A stretch of 64,000 nt of DNA from Gammaproteobacteria bacterium (GCA_965238225.1 OZ250183.1:1120001-1184000); one strand, 5' to 3'; positions 32,990-46,024 are shown, counted from the first letter of the stretch. The notes: generated by a model from the letters alone, not told the origin. Program-made: numbers and translations.

Positions 32990-33441
32990 TCCATCCCTTA
33001 GCTACACCATCTTCAAATAAGGCGCGAGCATATTCTTTAGGAGACACTCCATTGATATTACTTTTACGCACTACAATTCCTAATTCCTCAGATTTTGCAT
33101 ATTCTTTAATTATGCGAGATTCTTCGCCTTTTATATTGTTGATATAAAATCCGCATTTGCTCTCTTTGTGTAACCAAAACACATACCCTAAGGTTTTTAA
33201 AATTATCAGTAAGTTTGTCTTCGCTCATTAATCCATCCCTAATCCATCCCTTATTTACACCATCTTTAAATAAGGCGCGAGCATATTCTTTAGGAGACAT
33301 TCCATTGAGATTGCTTTTACGCACTACAATTCCTAATTCCTCAGATTTTGCATATTCTTTAATTATGCGAGATTCTTCGCCTTTATATTGTTGATATAAA
33401 ATCCGCATTTGCTCTGTTTGTTTAGCCAAAACCCATACCCT
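32990..33441. repeat. ~200-bp imperfect direct repeat x2 (32990-33189 and 33243-33441)
   Basis: Long identical stretches at 252-253 bp spacing with a 1-bp T-run difference. Each copy encodes MRILYQQYKGEESRIIKEYAK...KGW. Confidence 0.92.
33106..33429 (-). CDS. Hypothetical small-domain protein (duplicated, frameshifted in the second copy)
   Basis: The ORF covers the first repeat copy and enters the second before shifting frame at 33129-33132. Confidence 0.5.
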   Translation of the reverse strand: MAKQTEQMRILYQQYKGEESRIIKEYAKSEELGIVVRKSNLNGMSPKEYARALFKDGVNKGWIRDGLMSEDKLTDNFKNLRVCVLVTQREQMRILYQQYKRRRISHN

Positions 33442-33476
33442 CCACTCTTAGATATTACATTTAAGATAATTACTCT

Positions 33477-34040
33477 TTAAGCCCTGCCAACGTATTCACC
33501 TGTTCGCGTATCAATTTTTATGAGTTCTTCATTTTCAATAAATAAAGGCACTTTGACAACAGCGCCTGTTTCCAGTGTCGCAGGCTTTGAGCCTCCTGAT
33601 GCCGTATCACCTCTGAGCCCTGGGTCTGTATCTGTGATTTGCAAAGTGACAAAATTCGGGACTGTGATTGATAAGGGCGATCCATTCCACAATGTTACTG
33701 TACATATCTCTTCGCCTTTTAACCATTGCGCAGCATCGTGAACGGCTATTTTATCTACCGAGCATTGTTCAAACGTTGTTTGATCCATGAAATACCAGGC
33801 ATCACCATCGTTATAAAGATATTGCATATCTATATCTACAACATCTGCAGTTTCCACAGATTCACCAGATTTATAGGTTCTTTCAAGAACACGACCATTT
33901 TTAAGATTACGTATTTTAATGCGATTAAAAGCCTGACCTTTGCCAGGCTTTACAAACTTGTTAGATATAATCGCAAACGGATAGTTATCAATAATAATTT
34001 TTAAACCCGTCTTGAACTCATTCGTACTGTATGTTGCCAT
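33477..34040 (-). CDS. efp: Elongation factor P
   Basis: [32 protein letters not shown]. Confidence 0.98.
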   Translation of the reverse strand: MATYSTNEFKTGLKIIIDNYPFAIISNKFVKPGKGQAFNRIKIRNLKNGRVLERTYKSGESVETADVVDIDMQYLYNDGDAWYFMDQTTFEQCSVDKIAVHDAAQWLKGEEICTVTLWNGSPLSITVPNFVTLQITDTDPGLRGDTASGGSKPATLETGAVVKVPLFIENEELIKIDTRTGEYVGRA

Positions 34041-34138
34041 AAAATTTTTCTAGCCAAACATTTAAAAAATAACGCGATATAATACCGTGAATAAAAAAAT
34101 CGATGCAGCAAAACAATCAGAAAAATATATTATAGGAT

Positions 34139-36394
34139 TTACTCCTTAACAGCGCTTATTTCTGATATATTCCGAAACCCTCTCGGCAACATATTGCCAC
34201 GAAGACCTCGATTTCCAATGTAATGTTCTATGTCTGTAGGTTTGATCTTTAAGTGTCTTTTCCCAGATTTTACAAACAATACTTCTCCATCAGGCACAAC
34301 CGCAATCATCGCAACGTATTCCTCACGTAGTTTTAATTTTTTTGGATGTATCTGAATAATTTTCAGCCCCTTACCTTTGCTTAATAACGGTAGCTCATTT
34401 AGTTTAAACACCAATAACCGTCCCGCAGTAGAAACAGCAGCAATCAAATCCGTCGCGTAATCACTGACACTGACAGGCAATAATATTTTTGATTCTTTAG
34501 GTAAATTGACGACTGCTTTACCATTTTTATTTTTGGTCACCATATCTTCCAATTTTACAATAAAGCCATAACCAGCATCAGATGCTAATAAATAAAGTTC
34601 ATTTCCATTGCCCAACATGACACCTTCAAAACTGGCACCATCAGGCGTATTAAACTTACTTGAAACTGGCTCACCATGACTTCTTGCAGAAGGTAATAGA
34701 TGTGCGGGTAAAGCGTAGCATCGCCCGCTTGAGTCAATAAAAACAGCATTTTGATTGCTGCGTCCTGCCGCTGAACATTTAAAACTATCCTCAGCCTTAT
34801 AATTTAAACTGTGCGGGTCAATATTATGACCTTTAGCTGAGCGAACCCAGCCCTTGTTCGATAATATTACACTCACATCTTCTGTTAGAATTAATTGTTT
34901 TTCATCAATCGCCTGCGCTTCTTCCCGCTCTACTAATGGAGATTTTCTTTTGTCTCCAAATGATTTTGCATCGGCGTTAAGCTCTTTACTTACTAATGTT
35001 TTTAAGCGTCGCTTAGAACTTAAGACAAGTTGCAGAGATTTCTTTTCTTTGCCAAGTTCTATAAGCTCATCTTTGATTTCAATCTCTTCAAGTTTTCCTA
35101 ATTTTCTTAATTTAAGGTCAAGAATCCCTTCTGTCTGAAGATCGGATAATTTAAATCGTTTCATTAAAACGGCTTTAGGTTTTTCTTCCTCTCTAATAAT
35201 TTGAATTACTTCATCAATATTCAAATAAGCAATCATCAAACCTTTTAATATATGAATCTGTGCTAGTATTTGATCTAATCGGTACTGTAATCTTCTTGTT
35301 ACAGTTTCTATACGAAATGACAACCACTCCTTCAAGATTGCTTTCAAATTCATGACTTTTGGCCGGCCATCTATCCCGATAATATTCATATTGACACGAT
35401 AACTACGCTCAAGATCAGTTGTCGCAAACAAATGAGACATTAAAACATTACAATCAACTCTGTTTGATCTGGGGATCAATACAATACGGACAGGATTTTC
35501 ATGATCTGATTCGTCGCGCAAATCATCCAACATGGGTAATTTTTTTTCATTCATTTGTGCAGCAATTTGTTCAAGTATCTTACTGCTTGAGCTTTGATGC
35601 GGTAATGCCGAGACAATGATATTACCGTCTTTTTTCTCCCACACAGCTCTCGTTTTCACTGAACCATGGCCAGTTTTATATAGCTCTAGAATCTCTTCTT
35701 TAGCAGTAATAATTTCTGCATTGGTTGGAAAATCAGGACCCTTGATATACTCAAAAAGTTCTTCTATGGTTGCTTTTGGTGATGCCAGTAAACGAATACA
35801 GGCGCTGTTTATTTCGAGAAGATTATGTGGCGGAATATCTGTCGCCATGCCCACGGCAATTCCTGTTGCACCATTTAATAAAATATTTGGCAGTCTGGCT
35901 GGTAATAATTCTGGCTCCTGAAGTGTACCATCAAAATTAGACAGCCATCCGACCGTGCCCCGCCCCAATTCATTTAAGAGCATTTCAGCATAAACTGTCA
36001 GTTTTGATTCTGTATAGCGCATGGCTGCAAAAGATTTAGGGTCATCCATTGACCCCCAGTTGCCTTGACCATCTATCAGAGGATAACGATAGGTGAATGG
36101 TTGTGCCATCAGCACCATGGCTTCATAACATGCAGAGTCACCATGAGGATGAAATTTACCAATCACATCGCCTACAGTACGAGCAGATTTTTTATATTTT
36201 GCAGCAGACTTCAGGCCTAGCTCTGACATAGCATAAATGATGCGTCGTTGAACCGGTTTTAAACCATCTCCAATATGAGGCAATGCTCTATCGAGAATGA
36301 CATACATGGAATAATCAAGATATGCCTGCTCGGTAAAATCTTGCAGCGGTCTTTGTTCGTTTTGCTGAAAATCAAAATTATTATTTTCAACCAA
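34139..36394 (-). CDS. parC: DNA topoisomerase IV subunit A
   Basis: [30 protein letters not shown]; probable TTG start at 36394. Confidence 0.97.
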   Translation of the reverse strand: MVENNNFDFQQNEQRPLQDFTEQAYLDYSMYVILDRALPHIGDGLKPVQRRIIYAMSELGLKSAAKYKKSARTVGDVIGKFHPHGDSACYEAMVLMAQPFTYRYPLIDGQGNWGSMDDPKSFAAMRYTESKLTVYAEMLLNELGRGTVGWLSNFDGTLQEPELLPARLPNILLNGATGIAVGMATDIPPHNLLEINSACIRLLASPKATIEELFEYIKGPDFPTNAEIITAKEEILELYKTGHGSVKTRAVWEKKDGNIIVSALPHQSSSSKILEQIAAQMNEKKLPMLDDLRDESDHENPVRIVLIPRSNRVDCNVLMSHLFATTDLERSYRVNMNIIGIDGRPKVMNLKAILKEWLSFRIETVTRRLQYRLDQILAQIHILKGLMIAYLNIDEVIQIIREEEKPKAVLMKRFKLSDLQTEGILDLKLRKLGKLEEIEIKDELIELGKEKKSLQLVLSSKRRLKTLVSKELNADAKSFGDKRKSPLVEREEAQAIDEKQLILTEDVSVILSNKGWVRSAKGHNIDPHSLNYKAEDSFKCSAAGRSNQNAVFIDSSGRCYALPAHLLPSARSHGEPVSSKFNTPDGASFEGVMLGNGNELYLLASDAGYGFIVKLEDMVTKNKNGKAVVNLPKESKILLPVSVSDYATDLIAAVSTAGRLLVFKLNELPLLSKGKGLKIIQIHPKKLKLREEYVAMIAVVPDGEVLFVKSGKRHLKIKPTDIEHYIGNRGLRGNMLPRGFRNISEISAVKE

Positions 36395-36405
36395 TGTGGT
36401 TTCCT

Positions 36406-38298
<1,893 letters not shown>

Positions 38299-38424
38299 TT
38301 ACCTTCGGTGTGTTTTAGATAAAAACATAGTGTTTCAAGTATAGCGCGAGAATACATCAGATATATAACAGAAACTACAGTGAATTGATATAGCCTAAGC
38401 TGCTTGACGGTTTCCGCAAATAAT

Positions 38425-39009
38425 TTAATCTAAATCTTCTAATAATAATTTTCGTACGCCATCTGATGCCACATCAACAACATGATGGTACTCGGAATGT
38501 ATAATTCCTGCAGAAATATTTGCACCATTTTTTACAGAATTTATCATTCCTTCATTCAATTCAAAACGAAGAAAATGAACTGCTGAAGTTTTATCATCAT
38601 TGCTTCTTTCCATGTCTTCATTTGCAAATGGTATGATTCTATCGTTACTCTCAACCTGCATCCATATTGATTCTTCTATATTTTTCATTTTTACTAAAGC
38701 AATTCTTCGTTGTGCTTCATCCGCAAACTCAATCATGAAGGTTGCTTTCCAATTACATCCATCCGGGATAAGGGGATTGTAGGTATTAAGCTCTTCTTCA
38801 ATTCCAGTTGCTTCAAAAATACGCTCAATCCTGAGCATTTCTTGGACTTGATACTGGATTGTCAAGTTATCTTCAAAGTAGAGAGTTGCATTAGGGCCGA
38901 TATGTAATTGACGATTCTGCTTATGAGCAAGCACTTTACTCCTGAACTCACTGCGTTTTTTGGCATATTCTTCAAGCGACCAGAGATCACTATGCTCAAG
39001 TTTTTTCAT
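38425..39009 (-). CDS. DUF3501 family protein
   Basis: YQVQEMLRIE, YNPLIPDG, KTSAVHFLRF; third gene of the rubrerythrin cluster. Confidence 0.9.
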   Translation of the reverse strand: MKKLEHSDLWSLEEYAKKRSEFRSKVLAHKQNRQLHIGPNATLYFEDNLTIQYQVQEMLRIERIFEATGIEEELNTYNPLIPDGCNWKATFMIEFADEAQRRIALVKMKNIEESIWMQVESNDRIIPFANEDMERSNDDKTSAVHFLRFELNEGMINSVKNGANISAGIIHSEYHHVVDVASDGVRKLLLEDLD

Positions 39010-39096
39010 AGTTCAGGTAATATCCTTCATATACTATGGGCGAGAAATATTATAAATCAAACATATGTATATTGAAAAACAGATATTTAAAAAAAA

Positions 39097-40446
39097 TTAA
39101 TCTAGTCCGTATGCCTGTTTTAATAAACCGAATGGACTTTCTGGCTTCATCTCACCTCCTAGCCCATTCTCTACTTGACGGCCTGCCATTGGGCAATCAC
39201 TAACATAATGATCGATTTCAATGTTTCTAATTTTGTCTGCTATCGGTTTACCTATCTTCATCGAAGCCTCATGGTATTCACTTTTAACGGCATAAGTACC
39301 ATTATGACCCGAACAACGCTCGATGACTTCAATTTCAGTATTAGGTACCAGTTGCATAATATCTTTAGTTTTCATGCCAATCTTTTGTACACGCTGATGA
39401 CAGGCAACGTGATAAGCGATTTTCCCAATTTCATTTTTAAATTGCGTATTAAATTTTCCAACCTTATGGCGTAACAATAAATATTCGAATGGATCAAAGA
39501 TATTTTCCTGTACTTTCTTGACATCAGAATCATCAGGAAACATAAGCGGTAATTCCTGTTTAAACATCAAAACACAAGACGGAATCGGGGCGATAATATC
39601 CCACCCTGCATCAATTAATCTGACTAATTCTGGAACATTAATCTGTTTTGCTTTTTCTACAAACTCAAGATCACCCAATTCTAATTTAGGCATACCACAA
39701 CATTTCTCTTTGTCTGTCAGGCAAACAGCAATGCCGTTATATTCAAAGATTGTAATCATGTCTTCGACCAGCTGCGGATCATTTTTGTTGCCATAACAAG
39801 TGACAAATACCGCGACTTTGCCACGCGTAGATTCTGTTTTTTCAATGCTAATTTCTTTCTTATCACGCCGACCAAATCGTTTATGTAAATTATCACTATA
39901 AAATTTTGGTAAAATGGACTGTGAATGAATACCAATGGCTTTATCCATGATTTTTCGTGCCACAGAATTATGATTGATTGCATTGATCGTTTGCGCAATA
40001 ATAGGGATACCTGCGAAACTACTGACCTTATCTGTTGAGGTAAGCACCTTATCTCTTAGTTTGGTTTTGCCTTTTTTGTAATTAATCGCCTTGGATTGCA
40101 ACATCAAATGAGGAAAATCAACATTCCATTCATGTGGTGGCACATAGGGGCACTTAGTCACATAACAAAGATCGCATAGATAACACTGATCAACAACTTT
40201 TGAATAATCATCTTTACTGACGCCATCTATTTCCATGGTGTCCGATTCATCAACAAGATCAAATAATACCGGGAATGCATTACATAGACTGACGCACCGG
40301 CGACAACCATGGCAAATATCAAATACGCGCGAAAGTTCTACATGCAAAGCATCCTCATTAAAATATTCAGGATTTTTCCAATCAATAGGGTGGCGCGTGG
40401 GTGCCTCAAGACCGCCTTCTCTAGGCTTTATTGATGTATTCGGCAT
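39097..40446 (-). CDS. Rubrerythrin-associated Fe-S oxidoreductase (GlpC/heterodisulfide-reductase-like)
   Basis: CHGCRRCVSLC, CYLCDLC...CP, CCG domain, CSGH. Confidence 0.9.
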   Translation of the reverse strand: MPNTSIKPREGGLEAPTRHPIDWKNPEYFNEDALHVELSRVFDICHGCRRCVSLCNAFPVLFDLVDESDTMEIDGVSKDDYSKVVDQCYLCDLCYVTKCPYVPPHEWNVDFPHLMLQSKAINYKKGKTKLRDKVLTSTDKVSSFAGIPIIAQTINAINHNSVARKIMDKAIGIHSQSILPKFYSDNLHKRFGRRDKKEISIEKTESTRGKVAVFVTCYGNKNDPQLVEDMITIFEYNGIAVCLTDKEKCCGMPKLELGDLEFVEKAKQINVPELVRLIDAGWDIIAPIPSCVLMFKQELPLMFPDDSDVKKVQENIFDPFEYLLLRHKVGKFNTQFKNEIGKIAYHVACHQRVQKIGMKTKDIMQLVPNTEIEVIERCSGHNGTYAVKSEYHEASMKIGKPIADKIRNIEIDHYVSDCPMAGRQVENGLGGEMKPESPFGLLKQAYGLD

Positions 40447-40477
40447 AAATGTTTATAGCGTAGTTCTTTAGGTTTTA

Positions 40478-40511
40478 TAACAAAAACCGGGCATCATGCC
40501 CGGTTTTGTTA
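40478..40511 (-). terminator. Strong hairpin downstream of rubrerythrin
   Basis: AAAACCGGGCAT-C-ATGCCCGGTTTT perfect inverted repeat with A/T tails. Confidence 0.75.
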
Positions 40512-40538
40512 ACGCAAAATAATACATTGCGATAATGC

Positions 40539-40955
40539 TCAGTCGAGGCTATCCAATGCTTTCTGAAAACGATTCGCATGTGAACGTTCAGCTTTTGCCA
40601 ATGTTTCAAACCAATCGGCAATTTCATCAAAATTCTCTTCACGTGCAGCCTTAGCCATGCCAGGATACATATCTGTATATTCATGTGTTTCACCAGAGAT
40701 TGCCGCCTTGAGATTGTCAGAAGTGGCGCCAATAGGTTCGCCAGTGGCTGGATCGCCTACTTCTTCCAGATATTCAAGATGCCCATGCGCATGACCTGTC
40801 TCACCCTCAGCAGTTGAACGGAATACAGCAGAAACATCGTTATAACCTTCTACATCTGCTTTTTGTGCAAAATAAAGATAGCGTCTATTTGCCTGAGACT
40901 CGCCAGCAAATGCTGCTTTTAAATTTTCTTCTGTTTTTGACCCTTTCAAAGACAT
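40539..40955 (-). CDS. Rubrerythrin (short, no rubredoxin domain)
   Basis: [36 protein letters not shown] di-iron ligands. Confidence 0.95.
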   Translation of the reverse strand: MSLKGSKTEENLKAAFAGESQANRRYLYFAQKADVEGYNDVSAVFRSTAEGETGHAHGHLEYLEEVGDPATGEPIGATSDNLKAAISGETHEYTDMYPGMAKAAREENFDEIADWFETLAKAERSHANRFQKALDSLD

Positions 40956-41027
40956 TTTAAGTGTTTCCTCCATATAGAATTCTGTCAGAATAGTTGTTAC
41001 GCCGAAGGACTAGTATACATAAATTTT

Positions 41028-41042
41028 TTAGATTGATTATAA
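41028..41042. promoter_or_regulatory. PerR/Fur-family-like box upstream of rubrerythrin
   Basis: TTAGATTGATTATAA matches 12 of 14 specified positions of TTATAATnATTATAA, but the context is AT-rich. Confidence 0.5.
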
Positions 41043-41144
41043 ATAATCGTATTCCAAACAAAGCTATTCAAAGCAAGCGTGTTATAAGCGAGACTTACAG
41101 TTACAATGACTCTAGAGCTTTAGAAAAACAGGAGGTACACAGAT

Positions 41145-41399
41145 TTGCCAAAAAAAAAGAAAAAATCATCGCATTTTGAGAAAGATTTGCAAGCGCTTGA
41201 AAAGCTTGTAAAAAAGATGGAAGGGGGGGATCTCAACCTTGAAGATTCTCTGGTTTATTTTGAGCGCGGCATTGCCTTAACGCGCGCCTGTCAGAAGGCT
41301 CTTACTGAGGCAGAACAAAAAATACAGATACTGTCGGCTGAAGATGGCACGCAAAAATTACAAGCATTTTCACCGGATGAAGTTGCGGACGACGAATGA
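41145..41399 (+). CDS. xseB: Exodeoxyribonuclease VII small subunit
   Basis: FEKDLQALEKLVKKME...FERGIAL...AEQKI. Confidence 0.95.
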   Translation: MPKKKKKSSHFEKDLQALEKLVKKMEGGDLNLEDSLVYFERGIALTRACQKALTEAEQKIQILSAEDGTQKLQAFSPDEVADDE

Positions 41400-42289
41400 A
41401 ACAATTAAAAAAATTTCTACAAGAGCATCAATCTTATCTAGAGAAAACGCTCGATAAATGGCTACCATCACCTAATATACAACCTGAGCATTTGCATGAA
41501 GCCATGCGCTACACGACACTTAGTAAAGGCAAAAGAATGCGTCCTATACTTGTTTACGCGGCAGGTAAGGCCTTCGGTGTCAGGCGTAGTGCTTTAGATG
41601 CGCCAGCCTGTGCTGTTGAGATGATCCATTCGTATTCTCTGATTCATGATGATTTACCTGCTATGGATAATGATGACTTGCGTCGAGGGCTGCCCGCATG
41701 TCACAAGGCATACGATGAAGCAACGGCCATATTGACAGGTGATTCGCTATGCGCACTGGCTTTTCATATCCTTGCTCATGACAACAATATGATTATCACT
41801 GCTCAAAAACGTATCCAAATGATCGATATCCTTGCTCATGCCAGCGGCTCCAGAGGCATGGCAGGCGGGCAAGCTATGGATCTCGCTTCTGCTGGCAAAT
41901 CATTAAATATTGCCGAATTGGAAAATATGCATATTCATAAAACAGGCGCGCTTATCAAAGGCAGTGTAGAACTAGGAGCCTTGTCGCAACCAAGTCTTGA
42001 TTTAAAAGCATTTAACAATATTTCACATTATGCAAAGTGCATCGGCCTCGCCTTTCAGGTGCAAGATGATATCCTTGATATAGAAAGCGATACCAAGACT
42101 TTAGGTAAGCCTCAAGGGTCTGATGTGAAACAAAATAAACCAACCTACCCTAATTTGCTCGGCCTTGATGGTGCAAAAGATGTTGCTAATCAATTATATG
42201 AAGATGCTATTTCAAGTTTAGCTATGTTTGATGAAAAGGCAGACCCGCTACGATGGATTGCTGGCTACATTGTGCAAAGAGATAAATAA
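41396..42289 (+). CDS. ispA: Farnesyl diphosphate synthase
   Basis: GKRMRP, HDDLPAMDNDDLRRG, FQVQDDILD. Confidence 0.96.
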   Translation: MKQLKKFLQEHQSYLEKTLDKWLPSPNIQPEHLHEAMRYTTLSKGKRMRPILVYAAGKAFGVRRSALDAPACAVEMIHSYSLIHDDLPAMDNDDLRRGLPACHKAYDEATAILTGDSLCALAFHILAHDNNMIITAQKRIQMIDILAHASGSRGMAGGQAMDLASAGKSLNIAELENMHIHKTGALIKGSVELGALSQPSLDLKAFNNISHYAKCIGLAFQVQDDILDIESDTKTLGKPQGSDVKQNKPTYPNLLGLDGAKDVANQLYEDAISSLAMFDEKADPLRWIAGYIVQRDK

Positions 42290-42597
42290 CAACAAAGATA
42301 AATAATGCCTTTAATCATTTTTAAAAAAAAATGGGTTTTATAAAAATTATTCAAAAAAGCTCAAGCAAACCAAGACGTAAATAAACAATCAACCAAAAAA
42401 AATGTCTTGGCATTACAACAGCAAATCAGGTACTTTTAGGTATCAAGCTTATCTGTTGTGCTTATATACTTGAATTCACAGAACAAAGTAGCGTAACCTT
42501 ATAAAGCAATAGGCTTATAAAACAATAAAAACAATTACTGGCAAAAGGCAACGATATAGACAGTAATTTCTTAACTTATATTTCCTGAGCGAATGAA

Positions 42598-43404
42598 ATG
42601 ACACAAACAACAAAAATAACGCCTGATATTCAAGATACGCAGAGTGCTCAAGACACGCGCCACATTGCCATCGACCAAGTAGGCATTAAAGACATACGGT
42701 ATCCTATTGTTGTCAGTGATCGCTCTTGTGGAGAACAACACACTATTGCAAATTTCAATATGTATGTGCGTTTGCCTCATAATTTCAAAGGTACGCATAT
42801 GTCGCGGTTCGTTGAGATTCTAAACCAACATAAATATGACATTACGGTTGAGTCATTCAAAAGCATGATTACAGAGATGATCGAACATCTGAATGCGAGG
42901 GAAGGTCATATAGATATGAATTTTCCTTATTTCATCAACAAAAAAGCGCCTGTATCAGGCATTCAAAGCTTGATGGATTACCAAGTCTCATTTATTGGAG
43001 AATTTAAAGGGGAAGAATCTTCTGTACGGGTATCAGTTGTCGTGCCGGTGACCACGCTTTGCCCTTGTTCCAAAAGCATCTCTAACTATGGTGCGCATAA
43101 TCAACGTTCTCACATTACAGTATGCGTTAAAACAAAAGGTTTCATGTGGGTAGAAGAACTTATTGAGGTTATTGAAAAATGTGCGTCTTGTGAAATCTAC
43201 AGCCTGTTGAAGCGGTCTGATGAGAAATATGTGACGGAAAGAGCCTACGATAATCCAAAATTTGTCGAGGATATTGTTAGAGATATTGCAATGCAATTTA
43301 ACGAAAACGCAAGGATCTCATCCTATGTTATAGAATCTGAAAATTTTGAATCAATTCACAATCATTCTGCTTATGCCAAGATTGAGTGCGACAAAGAAGC
43401 GTAA
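42598..43404 (+). CDS. folE2: GTP cyclohydrolase IB
   Basis: [28 protein letters not shown]. Confidence 0.96.
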   Translation: MTQTTKITPDIQDTQSAQDTRHIAIDQVGIKDIRYPIVVSDRSCGEQHTIANFNMYVRLPHNFKGTHMSRFVEILNQHKYDITVESFKSMITEMIEHLNAREGHIDMNFPYFINKKAPVSGIQSLMDYQVSFIGEFKGEESSVRVSVVVPVTTLCPCSKSISNYGAHNQRSHITVCVKTKGFMWVEELIEVIEKCASCEIYSLLKRSDEKYVTERAYDNPKFVEDIVRDIAMQFNENARISSYVIESENFESIHNHSAYAKIECDKEA

Positions 43405-43460
43405 TTTATAATTAGAATAAACATTCTATATATAATATATCTTGTTGATTTAATCATATA

Positions 43461-44303
43461 TTAATTGTATATTTTTGCTTCATTCCAAAGTTTGTCCATG
43501 ACCTCAAGTGTTGCGTCTTGCAAATCAATTCCTTGGGTCTTGAGTGACTTTTCTATGTAAGCAAACCGTCTTTCAAACTTCGCATTGGTCTTACGTACTG
43601 CAGCTTCAGAGTCAATCTTAAAATGCCTAGCTAGGTTAACACAGGCAAATAAAACATCGCCGATTTCATCTTCTATTCTTTCTATGTCTTGTATTTTTGA
43701 ATTTATCTCTTCTTCTGCTTCGCATAATTCTTCCTTGATTTTATCCACAATAGCCTGGGTTTTGTTCCAATCAAAACCGACTGTTGCTGCACGATCCTGT
43801 AACTTTTGTGCGCGCGCCAATGACGGCATCGCATGATTAATTCCACTAAGTAAGCCGCACTCTTTTGCCGCCTTGTCTTTTTTTGCCGTGCCTTTCTTAT
43901 CCAGATTTTCCTGTTTTGTGATTGCATCCCATGCAGCTGATTGTGCATTTGGATCAGTAACTTCATAACCAGTAACCCCGGAATTAATGCCTTCGGTATT
44001 TCCAAAGACATGCGGGTGACGACGTATTAATTTTTCATTAAGTTTTTGTGTGACATCTTCGAAATTAAAAAATCCTTGCTCATAGGCAAGCTCTGAATGA
44101 TAAACAACCTGAAACAACAAGTCGCCCAATTCTAAACAAAGTTCATTCATGTCATTTTTAGCAATAGCATTAGCAACTTCATAAGCCTCTTCAATGGTGT
44201 ATGGTGCAATTGTTGAAAAATTTTGTTTGATATTCCACGGACAACCACTTTTCGAGTTGCGCAAAGATTTCATGATGCCTAATAATTGAGTTATTTGTTC
44301 CAT
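43461..44303 (-). CDS. mazG: Nucleoside triphosphate pyrophosphohydrolase
   Basis: GCPW, EEAYEV, ELGDLL, RRHPHVF, EIGDVLF. Confidence 0.95.
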   Translation of the reverse strand: MEQITQLLGIMKSLRNSKSGCPWNIKQNFSTIAPYTIEEAYEVANAIAKNDMNELCLELGDLLFQVVYHSELAYEQGFFNFEDVTQKLNEKLIRRHPHVFGNTEGINSGVTGYEVTDPNAQSAAWDAITKQENLDKKGTAKKDKAAKECGLLSGINHAMPSLARAQKLQDRAATVGFDWNKTQAIVDKIKEELCEAEEEINSKIQDIERIEDEIGDVLFACVNLARHFKIDSEAAVRKTNAKFERRFAYIEKSLKTQGIDLQDATLEVMDKLWNEAKIYN

Positions 44304-44439
44304 TCATATCACCTATTAGTTATCTCGCCTAATAACTTGATTCTATATCATTTTTAGCGCATAGTTACGCAATAATCTCAACTGGCAGATAAGGCAAACA
44401 CTGGCTGTATCGCTACCTAAGCTCAAGGGTTCTAAATTA

Positions 44440-45012
44440 ATGACACCGCTAATATTAAGGCTTGATACTGCAGGCTTACCTGTAAAATGGGTTCCATGGC
44501 AAGTCGCAACATGCCTTTATAGCCGCGATATGATCGCCTGGACTGCAGGCGAACGTACGTTCTCATTGAGAGGCGGAATCAACAGAGCAACCGGTGAACG
44601 TTCTTTAATTACAATCAATTCAATCGTTGCAGTCAAACGATCGATCATTAAAAAGAAAGTACGTCGTGACTTGCCGCCGCTCACTAATCGCGAACTCTTC
44701 TTAAGAGACGCACATTTATGCATGTATTGTGGTGAAAATTTTCATGAATCTAGCTTAACGCGAGATCATGTACATCCGCTTTCAAGAGGCGGTAAAGATA
44801 AATGGTCAAATGTTGTCACGGCATGTAAGAGCTGTAATTCTAGAAAAGGCAACCGTCACCCTGAAGAAGCAAGAATGTCGCTATTGGCAGTTCCTTTTAT
44901 CCCCAACTGGGCAGAATACTTAGCGCTTTCAAATCGAAAAATATTGGCAGATCAGATGGAATTCTTAAAATCTCAATTTAGCAACAGGCGCATGCCTTTC
45001 TATAAAAATTAA
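44440..45012 (+). CDS. HNH endonuclease (McrA-like)
   Basis: CMYCG...TRDHVHPLSRGG...NVVTACKSCNSRK. Confidence 0.92.
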   Translation: MTPLILRLDTAGLPVKWVPWQVATCLYSRDMIAWTAGERTFSLRGGINRATGERSLITINSIVAVKRSIIKKKVRRDLPPLTNRELFLRDAHLCMYCGENFHESSLTRDHVHPLSRGGKDKWSNVVTACKSCNSRKGNRHPEEARMSLLAVPFIPNWAEYLALSNRKILADQMEFLKSQFSNRRMPFYKN

Positions 45013-45109
45013 GCTGCTACAAACTTTAGCTGGCATACCTTGGAATACATCGCTTAATATATTGCGTGCAGGAGATGCCTCTAAAAGTCTAGCGCTGTAA
45101 AAATTTCAT

Positions 45110-45142
45110 GTTTTATTAAAGTTTTATTAAAGTTTTATTAAA
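45110..45142. repeat. 11-bp tandem repeat GTTTTATTAAA x3
   Basis: Three exact adjacent copies just upstream of the ORF at 45161. Confidence 0.85.
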
Positions 45143-45160
45143 TTCAAGAGATTTTTAATA

Positions 45161-45556
45161 ATGAAATATGTATGCGGTATTTTACTTTTACTCGCCTTCG
45201 TGCCAACAGGGTCGCAGGCGGCTGACCGTAACGGTCATTTTGCGATATGGGGCAAAGGTAATAAATCATGCCACTCATACAATATTTCAAGAAATACACC
45301 TGAAAAACAACGGTTTAAAGACTATATTATGGGGTATTTGACTGCCTTTAATGTTCAAATGCCTGATACTTACAGGGTCGCGGGTCATATGAACCTTGAA
45401 GAGATCCTCGTCTGGCTTGATGATTTCTGCGAATTGAAGCCAATCTTGTCTTTCGAGCAATCATTGGCTGATTTTATTATTGAAAAATATGATAAAAGAA
45501 TGAAGAAATCGCCATCTAAGGGTAAGCCGTTAAAAAATAATAAAATACAGCGATAA
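45161..45556 (+). CDS. Hypothetical exported protein
   Basis: Signal peptide (SQA/AD), GxGNKSC...YIMGYLTAFN...WLDDFC. Confidence 0.75.
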   Translation: MKYVCGILLLLAFVPTGSQAADRNGHFAIWGKGNKSCHSYNISRNTPEKQRFKDYIMGYLTAFNVQMPDTYRVAGHMNLEEILVWLDDFCELKPILSFEQSLADFIIEKYDKRMKKSPSKGKPLKNNKIQR

Positions 45557-45689
45557 CGGTATCTGGAGACTACCTGTAATTTTTTTATAATAAAGCAATT
45601 GATAAAACATAAAAAATAAGTCATCATTCGCCTTTGAGTCGCTTATACATTAAGAAATCTAAGATGGTTTGAACGGGGGAAATAACCTT

Positions 45690-45959
45690 ATGGATAGTAA
45701 ACTTAGCAAATTTTTCGCACTTATATTAGTATTAGGTTTTGCTGGTGGCTGTGCTACCATCGCCGATACAGCAGCGGTTGAAAAAGCGCTGGCAAAAGCT
45801 AACGCAGCGCTTGCAGAAGCACAAAGAGCTTCTAATACAGCGTCCGAGGCAGCCTACGCGGCTTCCCAAGCTCAAGCAGATGCAAATGCCGCTTTAGAAT
45901 GCTGCAATGACAATACATCAAGACTAGACCGTATGTTTGAAAAAACAATGTCAAAATAA
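45690..45959 (+). CDS. Lpp/OprI-family alanine-zipper lipoprotein
   Basis: Lipobox AGGC, Ala-rich coiled coil, C-terminal LDRMFEKTMSK ending in Lys. Confidence 0.88.
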   Translation: MDSKLSKFFALILVLGFAGGCATIADTAAVEKALAKANAALAEAQRASNTASEAAYAASQAQADANAALECCNDNTSRLDRMFEKTMSK

Positions 45960-45995
45960 TTCATCTCTTATCCAAAAAAGCATAACCAGAGAAAC

Positions 45996-46024
45996 AAAGG
46001 CCCCCGGATTTACCTGGGGCTTTT
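45996..46024 (+). terminator. Rho-independent terminator
   Basis: GCCCC/GGGGC stem followed by TTTT, after the lipoprotein gene. Confidence 0.65.

Noticed and set aside
43461-45012. mazG + HNH as an anti-phage pair
   Set aside because: MazG is the ordinary two-domain housekeeping type and the genes are divergent; this HNH family is widespread
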